Source: Podarcis filfolensis
Taxonomy: Eukaryota
Assembly: GCA_964270895.1 (NCBI GenBank)
Contig: OZ185446.1
DNA: 64,000 bases
Strand: one strand, 5' to 3'
Shown: piece by piece, positions 50,132 through 62,809 of the stretch
Position numbering within the stretch: position 1 is the stretch's first letter
Layout: each line of letters begins with the position of its first letter
Translations under genes and position numbers: made by a program
Notes under the pieces: generated by a model
What the model was told of the DNA's origin: nothing
The model's input: only the letters and a program-made list of their open reading frames with translations
Database searches by the model: none

Positions 50132-50923
50132 GTTGCAATATTCATATTTTATTATTTTCTAATGTCATTGGTTATTTCCTAATTTCTAAGCCTCAGATGA
50201 AAAGTGTAGGCAATATTTAATGGTATTGTTTATTCTAGCTGTCCACTTCTGGTGACATCCAACCTCTTCCTAGCAATACATTTGACGATAGTTAATTTAT
50301 CTATAGGTGTTTAATCTAGATAATTTATAACTTATTACTTGGTGGACCATAAAACAAGTAATATGCCTGTTAGTGTTTTGTTAAATTTAGGGATTAACTA
50401 TTCTGTATATGGGCTACTGTAGTAGAGAAAACAGAATACCGTTTGTTGGGAGGCTGCAGTTATTGCATTGTGTGGCTACTGTCCTCTTAAGTTTTGAGGG
50501 CAGGTAATAGCATTGCTTCATCACTTGTTATTACACTGGCTGCTATGTAGCTTCTGGCCACAATTCTAGTGGTCTTTAAAGCTAGAGGTGAGTTAGATCT
50601 AAAGCTGAGCTGATATTTTTGGTCCATCTCTCTTTGGACATTTGCAGTGAGCTTCTAATATATTTTAGAAATTCTTGTAGATTTTTAAAATTGTTTTAAG
50701 ACTTTAACTACTTGTCCTTACAAAAATGCTCAAGGTAGCTTTACTAGTATTACTGATTTTTCCTATATACATAGGGTATTGATAATAATGAGGAGACTGT
50801 ATACACCTGAAATTTTGAAAGAGAACAAAGTTTGCTAAAAACAGATTAAAGGTGTATATTTCTTCCATGTTTTAATTACCTAGTACTAGTTGTTTACCTG
50901 AAAATGTTTCTTTGATATTCTAG

Positions 50924-51028
50924 GATATGTGTGTAGTTTGTGGGAGTTTTGGCCAAGGTGCAGAAGGACGTTTGCTTGCCTGCTCTCAGTGTGGTCAGTG
51001 TTACCATCCATACTGTGTCAGTATTAAG
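50924..51028 (+). CDS. KMT2C: KMT2C exon 18 (105 nt) DMCVVCGSFGQGAEGRLLACSQCGQCYHPYCVSIK (PHD)
   Basis: atattctag|GATATG...ATTAAG|gtgagc. Confidence 0.98.
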
Positions 51029-53048
51029 GTGAGCACTTTGAAATTATTGTCAGCATATTGTCCCTGCATACACCGCATTGATTCCAGTTTTTACATTATT
51101 AAGGAGTGTTTTAGCTTGTAAAATATTCCTCTGGAAATGTGACCATTATTTGTATGCAGCTGACAAAGCACGTTAATTAAATGACATTTTATAAATGCAA
51201 GAGAAGTTAACCTTTCTGTAATTTTTCAGCTATAAATAGCACCGTTTATCTTACAGATGGTTAAAAGAAAGTATTGAGATAACAGCTCAGTATTGAGCTA
51301 GATATAACCTAAGAATTAAGATATGAAGCAATATAGTGCATTTTGTTTTGTTTAAGGCTGGTTTCCTAAAAAAATATAGTTCATTTTCATTTATGACCGC
51401 AGTAAGATTCGGTTAATTCACTTTGTCTGTTGGCTATCAGAATTTTAAGAAACTGAAGTAGTTAATTTCTTACATTCATTAAGCTAGGAGAGAATGTGCA
51501 AAAAGTTAAATTTGGATAGTTATGGGAAGACATGCACAGATAATAAGCTATTTGCTTCAGCATATAAACAATGAATCGTCTTTTAAGTGCAGTTATTTAA
51601 AAAGGGAATATTCTTTTAATGTATTAAATCACCTGCACTTTTATGAAAGGGTTGTACTGAAGCTATAACACACTCTAGACAGCTTTTTGTTTTCACAAAA
51701 TGATTAGTGTAGTAGAGGGGGTAAACTTTTGAACACTCCATAAAAGTAGCCATTTTAATCCTCATGAATTGCTTTGAAGAAAATTTAGGTTGATTACTCC
51801 AACAGAAAATGTGACTTAAGCATGTTTTGAAGCAAAGTTTAAAATGCATTTCAAACCCTGATTCTGAAGGGAATCGGATAACTATTTCCAAGCCTGTCTC
51901 CTTTTATTTACATATGTCTTACACCATTGTGTTGTCTTACACTAGTGAATGAAAAAAAAGAAAACATTCAGGAGTGGTAGAGCTGGTTCACACATTGCAC
52001 TCTTAATGATCACAGCAAAACCAACACTGATTTGATTGCTTAAAATCCTGAACCTACAAACACCTTTCCTTACCAGTGTTTGCCTGCCCCTTGACTTTTC
52101 CTGTACTCTTGTGAAGGAGACAGTTCCAGCCCTCTCATACTTAGCATGTCAGGAGCAGCTCTCTTTTGTTTTCTCCCCACCTCACCAAGAAAGATGGAAG
52201 ATTCAACTGTCTAAGAAAGAACTATCTAGCCAGTACCAACTTCTTACCTCTTGCAAGGAATTGCTCCTTTTGAGCGTGTATGGCATAACTGGAGCACACT
52301 CGCTCTTTTCACAGAGCATGAACACTTCATATTTCCCCAACCATCTATGCTAGTGGGAGAGAATCTCTAGGGTTCTAAATAAGCAATGTGAGGTTGGTAT
52401 TCACATGATCACTTTGCAACAGAGTGATATGTAAACTGGCTTTTGCACTGTGACATATGGTGGTAAAGACTGATTCAGAGGTTTGGAACATTGTGCCTTG
52501 CTTCTGTCAGGTACCGTGATGGACCTTTTCGAAAAACTTCTTTGTTTCAAGTTTCGATGTATGTTTCTAAACTATAGCCATATTTAAGATTAGGAAAGTA
52601 ACATTTGGCACTATTGTACTTTTGTTTAAATGCCATAATGGGGAGGAGATGCCAAATAGATTTGTAAATCAAGAGCAAACTGTATTTCTCCAGATTTTGG
52701 AACTATGTTGTCTTTTAATTTCAGTAAATGTGAATCTTGATTTTGATATTTGCAATAACTGAGAGTACGTTAAATCCTTATACTTGGGACATTTTATTTT
52801 TTAAAAAATCTAAAACAAATTTTCATCCATAATCTTGGAGAGCACAATGTACATTGCTATTGAATGCAAGGATATTTTTGACTTCTAAAAAAATGAGGAC
52901 TTCCCTCTAAAACAAAAAGGAGAGCATAAACATTAAAAAAATACTATTTCCAAATGATAGAAGCAAATTTATTGAGAATATAAGCCTGTAAATCAGCTGA
53001 GGTTGTATGGCTTCCATAAATAATTACCTGCTGTTTTCCACTATGCAG

Positions 53049-53230
53049 ATAACAAAAGTGGTGCTCCACAAAGGTTGGAGGTGTCTGGAATGCACTGTGT
53101 GTGAAGCCTGTGGGAAGGCTACAGATCCAGGAAGACTGCTCCTTTGCGATGATTGTGATATCAGCTATCACACTTACTGCCTAGATCCGCCATTGCAGAC
53201 AGTTCCTAAAGGAGGGTGGAAATGCAAATG
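53049..53230 (+). CDS. KMT2C: KMT2C exon 19 (182 nt) [60 protein letters not shown] (PHD)
   Basis: ctatgcag|ATAACA...AAATG|gtatgt. Confidence 0.98.
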
Positions 53231-53246
53231 GTATGTGTAACTTCGT

Positions 53247-53271
53247 CCCCCCCCCCCCCCGCCGCCGCCGC
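53247..53271. repeat. C14 homopolymer plus (GCC)n
   Basis: Read directly; starts 16 nt after the exon 19 donor. Confidence 0.95.
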
Positions 53272-53463
53272 TTTTAATGTTTTCTTTTAATCTGACTATA
53301 TTTTCTTTTAATTAGTATAATATGGCAAGGCTGATTTGGAAAATTACATTTTGCTGTAATTTAAAGATAATACAATTTTAAGGTGAAAATAAGTATTTTA
53401 ATAAAGTGAAGCAGTGAATCCTGCCATGAGCCCATGTTAAGAAATATGTTTTGTGTTTTACAG

Positions 53464-53628
53464 GTGTGTTTGGTGCAGACATTGTGGTGCTACATCTCCT
53501 GGTCTTAGATGTGAATGGCAAAATAATTACACACAGTGTGCTCCCTGTGCAAGTTTATCTAGCTGCCCAGTCTGCTGTTGCAATTACAGAGAAGAAGAGC
53601 TTATTCTGCAATGCAGACAGTGTGACAG
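53464..53628 (+). CDS. KMT2C: KMT2C exon 20 (165 nt) CVWCRHCGATSPGLRCEWQNNYTQCAPCASLSSCPVCCCNYREEELILQCRQCD
   Basis: ttttacag|GTGTG...GACAG|gtcaga. Confidence 0.97.
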
Positions 53629-54610
53629 GTCAGAGTTTCTGCTACACAGTGAATTATATATTTTCATACGTCAATAATTTGCTCATAGTGTAACGTTGAT
53701 TGAAGATTGTTTTAATTTATCATATGGAATTTACTTTCTCTCCCTTATCAGAGTCGCTTTGCAATAAGAGAGAGCCTCTTTCAAAGAAAAAGCTGTAGCT
53801 AATATCAGAAAGAAGAAAACCACCATGTTGTTGTTTTTTAAAGAAAGTTATCTCTTCATCCTGAGTTGATAAATGGCACTCTTGAGTTGGTTCATACATC
53901 ACATTATACTATAGTTTAAAACCAAGTATATTTGAATGTGGACATGCAACTCACTGATGTCCAGTGATTAAATATTCTTGGAAACAAGCCATAGTCTGGT
54001 TCATCATAATGTCTGAACCCAGGCTCATGATTTGTTTTTGTCCAAACAAACTATGGATGGCAATCAAGGTTTGTTCTTGGCTTACTGCTCATGGTTTGCT
54101 TGAGGAAAACCACAAGCCTGGCTTGTTACATTGCAGCACGGCAGCAGTAGGAACTGGGGTGGAACAGAGAGTGAGAAATGTTGGGCAGCATGCACCAGCA
54201 CGATGTTTGTTCACAGTTTGTTTTTAACTGTGATGTAATACGACATTCAAGCCAGGCCTCTGATGCAACATTTAGAGGTGCAAGTTGCTTCTGTATTGCA
54301 AAGATCACTCCCAAAGTGCAGCCTGTTGCTTGGGGAGAGTATAATTCCATCTAGCACAGAGTGAACACTGCTACCTTGGGTGGACAAACCATCTACCCAA
54401 AGTACCCCTGTCTTATCTGACGATTTTAACAACTATCTTCTGGGACTAAAGCAGACTTCCTCTGGGGTCTTCATATCATTGCCTCTTTACAGGGAAACTT
54501 TTAAAGCACTAGACGTGTTCTGTGCTTCTTTCAATCTAAAGAGAGTCTGAATGGTGTTTTGGCATAAAATGGTATACGTTTCATTTTCTCCTTTTTAATT
54601 TAACTTCCAG

Positions 54611-54720
54611 ATGGATGCACACAATCTGTCAAAACTTAAACACAGACGAGGAAGTTGAAAGCACGGCTGACAGTGGCTTTGACTGTACCATGTGTCAGCC
54701 ATACATACCACCAGCAAATG
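54611..54720 (+). CDS. KMT2C: KMT2C exon 21 (110 nt) WMHTICQNLNTDEEVESTADSGFDCTMCQPYIPPAN
   Basis: cttccag|ATGGA...AAATG|gtaagg. Confidence 0.96.
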
Positions 54721-55190
54721 GTAAGGAATTTCTTAATTGGGTATCTAGCGGCATAGCACTAGCTTTGGAAACAACTTCTTTTGGTCTGTCTCCTGATTGG
54801 CAGATGCTGAATTGATTTCAGAGGCAGTACTTGAGGGAAATAATTTCTTTTGTCTTGCTTTTAGCACTGCAAGATTATTAATGAGGAAAAAAACAATTTA
54901 GAGTAGAAAGCTGGGTAAATCTCTTCCCAGAGGATTTGTAAGTCTGCTTAAAATTATAATAGCAGCAAGAGGGTGTGTGTGCCCACAAGCGAGAGAAAGA
55001 CTGCACTCAGAGCACCATGATTTTGAGCAGATGAAATTCATTATTTAACAATAACATTATCTTGAATATTTTGCTCTCAGTGTCAGATAGACTTCTCTTA
55101 ACTCAAGATTCTCAGGATTATTTTTTTCATAAGTTGCATTGATAGCAACAGACATGTAAAAATATGTGGTGTTGTTTTTTTACTCCAAGT

Positions 55191-56026
55191 CAGTGTTTCC
55201 CAATTAGTTAATTACTGAGGACCCCCTACTTTTCAAAAGCCAAGCCACGGACCCTCTACTTTTGAAAATTTTGATAAGTCTATGGTAGTTACCTCTGCAA
55301 AGCAATTTTTAGAACAAAATGTGGGGTAACCCCTATTTTAGGTATACTAAAAGCACATTAGGGCTGAGCAATATCTGGTTTTCAACGTTGTGATATATCA
55401 ACAGCTGAACATCACAATATTCTGATCTATCACAATGTCTGAAATTAGAAATCAGGCATGGGGATGAGGGAAGGAACAGTCATGGAGATCATTCAAGGCG
55501 TGACAATGAGGGAAGGCTCAGCTGTGGAGATTGGCTGCTTGAGGGGAGTTGAGGAAGCGGAGTCACCTCCACCTCGTGGTTTGAGTGGGAGGGGATGTGC
55601 ATGAAGTCGCTGTCAGTGGAGCAGCCAGCGAAGATGCACATCTACTGTGGCTGCTTTCCTGCTGACTGAGAAAAGCTGCTCCGCCTCAGTGCCTTGATGT
55701 GAGGGCGATCAGCTGCCCTGCTCTCCGTCAGCATGAGCGGAAGGCAGCACCTTGCAATCGGCTGCCCTGCTTTCCTTCACATTAGGAGTGATATATGGTT
55801 GCGTATTGCTGGGTCAAAATTGTTATTGAGGTATGCTTTCAAAACCAATTTTGGCCAATATATTGAAAAACCGCACAGCGCTAAAACAGACCATAAAATT
55901 TGTGATTTTACCATGCAAAAATGACAAAAATTTAGCTGGGGGGGGAGCAAGGGATGGGGCCATGGACTCCCTGGATGTGTTCCATGGACCCCCAGGGGTT
56001 CCTGGACCCCTAATTGGGAACCACTG
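55191..56026. mobile_element. hAT-Charlie-like non-autonomous element hosting a nested MITE
   Basis: TIR CAGTGTTTCCCAA...TTGGGAACCACTG; 8-bp TSD ctccaagt/ctctaagt (1 mismatch). Confidence 0.8.
55359..55883. mobile_element. Nested hAT-like MITE with GC-rich interior
   Basis: TIR TAGGGCTGAGC...GCACAGCGCTA; degenerate 8-bp flanks aagcacat/aaacagac. Confidence 0.6.
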
Positions 56027-56289
56027 CTCTAAGTAATGATGATGGCAGTCAGAGTTACTGTACCATCTCTCCCTGTCAAATCTCAACTCTTTTCCTAACT
56101 GGCAGCCACCTAGACCAATTAGAATAAATTTACCTAACCCAGGCCCTATATAATAAATTCTCAAGGTGATCGACTCTCTCTTACCTCCCACTAAGCTGCT
56201 AATGCCAGACAGGCTTTTGACCTAAAAACAATATAAGGCCATGACCTTTGACAGTCAAAGAGGACACAGAATATCCCCCCCCCCATAAA

Positions 56290-57000
56290 ACACACAGAGA
56301 AAACCTTCTAGGCAAACAAACATATATACCACATTTCTCTACATCATATCAAACACATGGATAGCTATTCCTATCAATAGTTTATATTAACAATATCCTG
56401 TAATAACTTCCAGTTTTCATTGTTTCTTAATACCAGAAACACATTTCCAAATTTTTCTCTTTTCTCACACCCATCCTTTTATAAAGGCATTGCCATAAGA
56501 TTTATCCTCAGTTCAATCATTATTGTTCCTTATATTATGGAAGCTGAGGTGCTATCTACAAATGAAGCACAACCGCTACTCTGACTTCATTTCTCTTTCT
56601 TTCTTTTGTGTCATATCACGTTCAAAGGTGACCAGTGTCTTGTTGCTTCCCACCATTAAGGAATTCCAAATAGCAAAATTAATCATATTTCAGAACACTA
56701 TAAAACCATGGTTTATATTAGATTGCACCCAATTTTTCTTACTATATTTGATAAAGAAAATGCCATTCATCATAAAATTACCTTGTTATTGTCTCCTCCA
56801 CTTTGAATCTGATGTATCATATTAATTCAGCCATTGAAGCAAACTTCCATATTTTACCAATTCATTCTTCAATAGGTGGTGTCATTGATCATCTCCACTC
56901 TCACCTTCCTGCATATAAAATTTTAGCGGTGGTTACTGTATTAGAAACCATGCAGTAAATTCTTTTTGATCTTACTTCACTGTGTCTTCCACATAATTCA
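56290..57000 (-). mobile_element. Degenerate L1 ORF2 C-terminus and 3'UTR, antisense
   Basis: Minus strand gives TTAKILYAG...PPIEE*IGKIWKFASMAELI*YIR, matching the AARLLYA..W...P..EEW..K...A.MAKL motif. Confidence 0.6.
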
Positions 57001-58730
57001 GAAAAAGGGTAAAAACAACAACACTGGGTCTAAAAGAATTTCATATCCTAAAACCCTTCTTAGTGGGCTGCTAATGGTTTTCCAATAACCTTTTGATACC
57101 TAGAAGGTTTTGGGAAATGACTGTGATAGCAGAATGGCAGGCTTCCATCTATTTAAAGGGTCTTGCACCAGAGTCCTTCATGGAGGTTGCCCACTTGGCA
57201 GATTGTGTTATTGATCTTTAAACTAACTTATATTTCTTGTTTTCTTCATATGTTAATCTGCCAGCTGCCACATCCAAATCACTGTCTGTCCATACTATTT
57301 CTTGCTAGTTAATTCTGAAATTATCATGCTTTGTCTTAATTAGCTATTTCTAAGTCAAATGGGACTGCTGCCTCTTTGGCTTCCCAAATGTGCTTCTGTC
57401 TTTCCATCCCCCCGTCTCTCAAATTATCCAGGCTTTAACCTCTATGGAATGTTGTTTCCCACTCCATTAAAAAATAAACTTGTTCAGGTTTACATCAAAT
57501 TAGATTTTCATTTTATTTTAAAGGCATTATTTACATTTTTTTTAAAAAAAAACATTAAAAAATTAATTGATACCTGCTTAGATTTTTCAAGATGGAGCAG
57601 GCTGTGCATACAAAGAAATAAAATAAATGAATGCTATTGTTGAAAGGGACAAATGGTACATGGTGCTTTCTCTCACAACCCGGAGAAGGGCTTGATTTAA
57701 GGGAGTAATCTTGAAGCCAGCCAAAGGCCAACTGAGGGTCCTTTGGAAGTTGTGTAAGTCCCACTCTACCAGCAGAGAGGAAGACCTACCAGAGAGTAAG
57801 CAGTTATGCTGCCAGAGATCCTCTGGTATATCAGTAAGAAATTGTAGGCATAGGTGCCTTGGCAGAGTGTTCTGGTGCTGTGGGTAAAAAAAGGTTAGAA
57901 AAAAAATAGCTTGCAGGTATGCATGCATGGAATTAGGCTGTAAGCGTTACTGCTTTCAGTGAGAGCTGTTATGGAATTAATGTTCTTTAGATTGTGCCTA
58001 GTGCTTCCAGAAATATAAGCATTTCTTCAACACACTATTAGCACATAGTTGTTTTTAATTTGTATATTCAGCCTTCCACTGTATTCCTGGTAACAGTGAA
58101 TGTCAACTGAAATTTATTAGCCTAAAAAAATTCAATTGTTCAAACATTTAAAAATGCACTTCTGACATGCCTGAGCACAAGAGACTTGCAGAAGATTAGA
58201 AATGATACCAACATCAAAAACTATAGTTATAGAGGATTATATATTTTAATACAAGCAACGTCATCATCATTATTCATTTCATTTCTATACCGCTGTATAT
58301 TTTTAAGGGAAAAAATCTTAAAGTGGTTTACAGTACATTAAAACATCAAATAAAGCAATCTATAATAAAATGTTACTGAAGAAAGTCATATATAGGGTAC
58401 ACAGCCAAAGCAATATAAATAACAGGAAACTACAGCATTATCTTATAAGATTTCAAAATAAAACATTACTAAAGGAAGTCCAATATAAAATGCACATTTA
58501 AAGTAGCATAGTTTACAAGAGAATAAAATACTATTATAAGCATAGAACATATCTAGTGTTGTTGCTGCCAGTCCTGCCAGTGGTGGTTTATGGCAGGGGG
58601 TGGCAGCTGTGGAAGCTCAGACTTGATGACCTGGGTCTGCACTGAGACAGACAAGATGATATCTGGCTTCCTCAGCAGCCTCAGCTTTTGTAGCTGGAGT
58701 CAATAAGGGCACTGCCATGTGGAAAAGGCC

Positions 58731-58899
58731 CAGTGGCGTAGCGTGGGTTGTCAGCACCCGGGGCAAGGCAAGTAATTTGCGCCCCCTAACCCGTGGATTT
58801 GCGCCCCCTAACCCGTGGATTTGCGCCCCCTAACCCTAACCCCCAGATGTTGCGCCCGGTGCGGCCGGCCCCCCCTGCACCCCCCACGCTACGCCACTG
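58731..58899. mobile_element. Young hAT MITE with internal 22-bp tandem repeats
   Basis: Perfect 17-bp TIR CAGTGGCGTAGCGTGGG/CCCACGCTACGCCACTG; perfect 8-bp TSD aaaaggcc at 58723-58730 and 58900-58907. Confidence 0.93.
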
Positions 58900-58966
58900 A
58901 AAAGGCCTGCAAGGCAGGGAGCAGGTCTTCCAGGACTCACAGCCAATTTCAATTTTTATCTTTCAG

Positions 58967-59032
58967 TGCCTTCCTCTGAATGCTGTGAACCATCAGTTGC
59001 CACTCAAATTATAACGAAAGCAAAGGAATTTG
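58967..59032 (+). CDS. KMT2C: KMT2C exon 22 (66 nt) VPSSECCEPSVATQIITKAKEF
   Basis: atctttcag|TGCCT...TTTG|gtaact; matches recalled human VPSSDCCESSLVAQIVTKVKEL; missed by the ORF track. Confidence 0.93.
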
Positions 59033-59289
59033 GTAACTTTTTAAATTCTTTATTTCTTCCTCCTAACATGGTTATTGCTTAACCTAGAAATAAGTTCTAC
59101 ATTGTATCAATAGGTTTCTTAGCTCTTTTTATCTTTTGTCATCATATCGCCTCTTACTAAAAGTGTGTGCTTATAAGTTTTGTTTTTTTGAACATGTAAC
59201 TGCTCTTCAAAATTTATGGAACAGGCAGATTTTTTGTTTAAGTAAATCCCTAAAGTGAGCCAAAAACAGGGCTGAAATGGGACATTTTA

Positions 59290-59572
59290 GTGTGGTAATT
59301 CACTCACCACACTTTAGTGAAACCATAGTTTGGCTTAGTGTGCCATCTGAACCCAGGCAGTCCTGGAAAAAGCCATAAACCACAGGACAAACCTTGGTTA
59401 GAGCTTATGGTTAGTCTGGAAAAAGCAAAACTTGAAGCCCAGATTCAGATGTCGTGGCTTGGTTCAGCATGGTGCAGCAGTAAAACAACCAGGGAGGATT
59501 GTTCCCAGACTCTGGGAACCCACACACTTTTGCTAAACCGTGGTTGAGTTTAGCATGACATGTGAACCAGTC
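59290..59572. mobile_element. PIF/Harbinger-like MITE remnant
   Basis: Recurring aaacca/tggttt and ggcttag motifs; end ttagcatgacatgtgaacc; boundaries approximate. Confidence 0.4.
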
Positions 59573-59826
59573 ATTTGTTCTTTCTATCAGATTGGAATAA
59601 ATAATATATCAATGGAAAAGCTTTGTGTTATTCTGAACCAATGTTGATTTACTTCAGAAGTAGTTCTGCTCATTTTTATTTCTTTTGCTCTGATTTTACA
59701 ATGGATAATTGTTAGTATGCTAATTGCAAGTTCCTTAAAGTTGGGGGGGGGTATAGTTACACAATGCTTGTAAGCTAAGGTTATTAAAGTTGTGTATTCC
59801 TGTTATGGTTCATGCAAATTTCATAG

Positions 59827-60039
59827 ACCCACCGAAGACATACACTCAGGATGGAGTCTGTCTGACAGAAACAGGGATGTCTCAGTTACAGAGCCTCAGT
59901 GCTGTTGTACCAAGAAGAAAACGGACAAAGCCAAAGCTCAAGTTGAAGATTATAAACCAGAATAGTGTGGCTGTACTTCAGACCCTGCCTGACATCCAAT
60001 CAGAACATTCAAGGGATGGCGAGATGGATGACAGTAGAG
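59827..60039 (+). CDS. KMT2C: KMT2C exon 23 (213 nt) DPPKTYTQDGVCLTETGMSQLQSL...KPKLKLKIINQNSVAVLQ...DGEMDDSR
   Basis: tttcatag|ACCCA...AGAG|gtaatt. Confidence 0.97.
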
Positions 60040-60629
60040 GTAATTGTTGCTTTGTTCTGTATGTCGCTGTTAACAATAGAAGCAGTTTACAGAAGGACAT
60101 GGGTTGTAGGAGGATATTGAGGTAGTTGGGATTTTCAGTAGTTCAGGTCTTCCAGAATAGAACCAGAAATTTTGCCCTTCAGTAGACAGAATGTGATAGA
60201 TCTGCATGTAGCAGAGGTTTGGACTAGATTATTTCCAAGAAACCTTCCAACTATATATAACTCTTTGGTTGCCTGCTCTGCCTATCAGTGGCTTTAGCAA
60301 CCTTTTGCATGCAAAACAGGTACTCCACCAACTGCATCTGGAGCCCTTCCATGTTGGTGTAAGTGCTATGACATAAGCAATTAATTCCCGGTACCTTTAT
60401 TAGCTAAGGGATGTTAGACTTTCACAATGGCGATGTTATATAAGGAGATACATAGGTCATGAATGGATTTTAACTTTAATGAGAAATACCTGACTAGTAC
60501 AATACTTACTGACACCTAGTAGAAAGACGACTTGCATAATGAAACCCATGTAATGAAATACCCAGCAATATTGCTATTCATTAATATGATAAGTGCCTGC
60601 TTATGAGTACAGGTATATTAGGTGATGTT

Positions 60630-60775
60630 TAATAATAATAATAATAATAATTATTATTATTATTAATACCCCGGCCCATCTGGCTGGGTTTCCCAGCTAC
60701 TCTGGGCAGCTCCCAACAGAATATTAAAAACACAATAAAACATCAAACATTAAAAACTCCCCTAAACAGGATGCT
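60630..60775 (-). mobile_element. L2-like LINE 3' end with (AAT)/(ATT) tail, antisense
   Basis: ataccccggcccatctggctgggtttcccagctactctgggcagctcccaaca follows the (AAT)n(ATT)n tract. Confidence 0.75.
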
Positions 60776-60929
60776 CAGCTGTCTTTCATACCTTCAGTAC
60801 CTTTTAGCAACTTTTAGTGACTGCCAGCTGCTACTCAGGTTGAAGAAATGGGACCTGGGCACAAGTACACCTGTCCTAATGACATTCAAGCCAGATGAAC
60901 CTTAGATGACCCAGGCCCAGCAGACGTAG

Positions 60930-61260
60930 AAGAACTACTTGAACTTGGAAGCTCTGCTCAGTGCACCCCCCCATCCTACCATCAGAGGTGCATTGGGTGG
61001 CAAACAGGGCCTTTTCAGTTATGGCACCCTGTCTCTGAAATTCCGCACCTTTCTTTGCATGTCAGTCACCATCCCTAGTAGCATTTATACCTTCTGTCTT
61101 TTCCCGGCATTTGATTTTAGCAGAGTCCGTTTTTACTACTACTACTTCAGTGTGCTGTCATTTAAAATTGTGTGTTGATTTTATTATGCTCATTATTTTA
61201 TATGTGCCATTACATACCTTAGGAAGCTTTTTCCTGAGAGGTGAGGCAGAATTCTGTAAG
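60930..61260 (+). mobile_element. Old L2 RT tail remnant
   Basis: aaacagggccttttcagttatggcaccctgtctctgaaattcc (RAFSVMAP..*NS-like) then a decayed 3'UTR. Confidence 0.5.
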
Positions 61261-61329
61261 AGAAAATGACAACTTTCTATGAATTTTACTTTATAATTGT
61301 TTTATGTGTTTGTCTGTGTTTAAATTCAG

Positions 61330-61458
61330 AAGGAGATCTCATGGACTGTGAGGGAAAATCTGATACAAGCCCTGAACGGGAGCCTGCAGATGATGATCCT
61401 AAGGGAGTAGAAGGAACTGAGGGGATTAAAAAGAGAAAAAGAAAACCATACAGACCTG
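61330..61458 (+). CDS. KMT2C: KMT2C exon 24 (129 nt) EGDLMDCEGKSDTSPEREPADDDPKGVEGTEGIKKRKRKPYRP
   Basis: aaattcag|AAGGA...CCTG|gtagag. Confidence 0.96.
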
Positions 61459-62809
61459 GTAGAGTACATGCTCCAGATGTTTGCATATTCATTAGGTTTA
61501 TATTTATTATCTATATGTAAATAATAATCTTTTAACTTACAAACTTGATTGACAAGATTTTGCTGAGAATTATCACTTCCCTGTTTATTGTATATTACAG
61601 CTTCCTCTAATTGGGTTACAATTCATTTCCTTTCTGATTCTAAAGAATGGTGTTCCAATGTTGCGAAACAGGAGAACTACCCGTATCATTCTCTTAAGTA
61701 CTAATTTTGTATTGAAACTTGCCATTGGATCATTAAACCTGATAGGTGCCCTGCTGTTCTGAATGGTTTGCTTCCACTGTTTAAGACAGGAAAACGTATA
61801 TGTGAGCACACACTATCTCCCCATAACACTATCATGGCGGTGCTGTTAGAGCACCTTTCATTAAAGCAAATAACTACCATAGCAGTTAAAAGAAATTTCT
61901 TTTCTGCCCCAGTGCATGTGCAAAGTATAATAACTCTAGACAGTCTGTATCAGGAAGGGGGACACTAGTTTTGAAAGTGAAGTTGGAATATTGTTTTCCT
62001 TGTCACAACAACATAATCCAAACGTTTCAGATTAGACTCTTTTTCTATACATGTAGGATGAGGGAATTTTGCATGTTCCACAAGGATCAGTAGGTCTAAA
62101 CATGGTTGTGAAATCAGTTTGTTCCTAACTCTCCCAACGTCTGTACTTCGTCTGTACTTCTACCTAATGTCTTACCCAGTAAATTATCCTCTCAGAAAGG
62201 ACATTCTATTTCACCCTTCCATATTCCATCTGGTTAGGTTTGCTAGATAGACATCATATTCTCCTCTTTAGTCATTGGGTTTTTGGCAGATGCTTTCCAT
62301 TCTAATTCTTTTCTGATGGGGAACTCTGTAGCAGTTAGTTGATTCTTGAAAGCTTATTGTCACTGCTGATTGGCACTGACAGCAAGCCTCCCTTGCCAGA
62401 GAATACTGTAATTGGAAACACTTTAAGACTCTCACCTGATATTACATATGACATCAGGAGTGGGGCAGTTGGCCATGGCTTGCTGCCCACGGATCAAGGG
62501 TTCACTATCCCTGCTATAGTGCGTGAGGCACTGGTGCATCATTTTCATTACATATACATCTCAGGACCATGCATCTGGATCACTCAAAGCTCCTGGACAC
62601 ACATTCTAGTAGTGTAAAATAAATTGCATTACCACCTCTTGTATTATGATGTAGAGCCAGGTGCTTACTAAATATGTACTGTGTATCGACTTCCAATTTT
62701 ATACTTAAAGTGGACTTTAGTGTTTGTGAATCTACAAAAAGGTGAAATCCAAGTATGTTTTCCTAATTCAAATAAATTCAAGGTGTATTATGTGTGTGTG
62801 TTTTTACAG

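Noticed and set aside
58775-58840. CRISPR array or true telomere remnant
   Set aside because: Repeats are contiguous with no spacers, the context is vertebrate, and the tract is wholly enclosed by hAT TIRs and TSD
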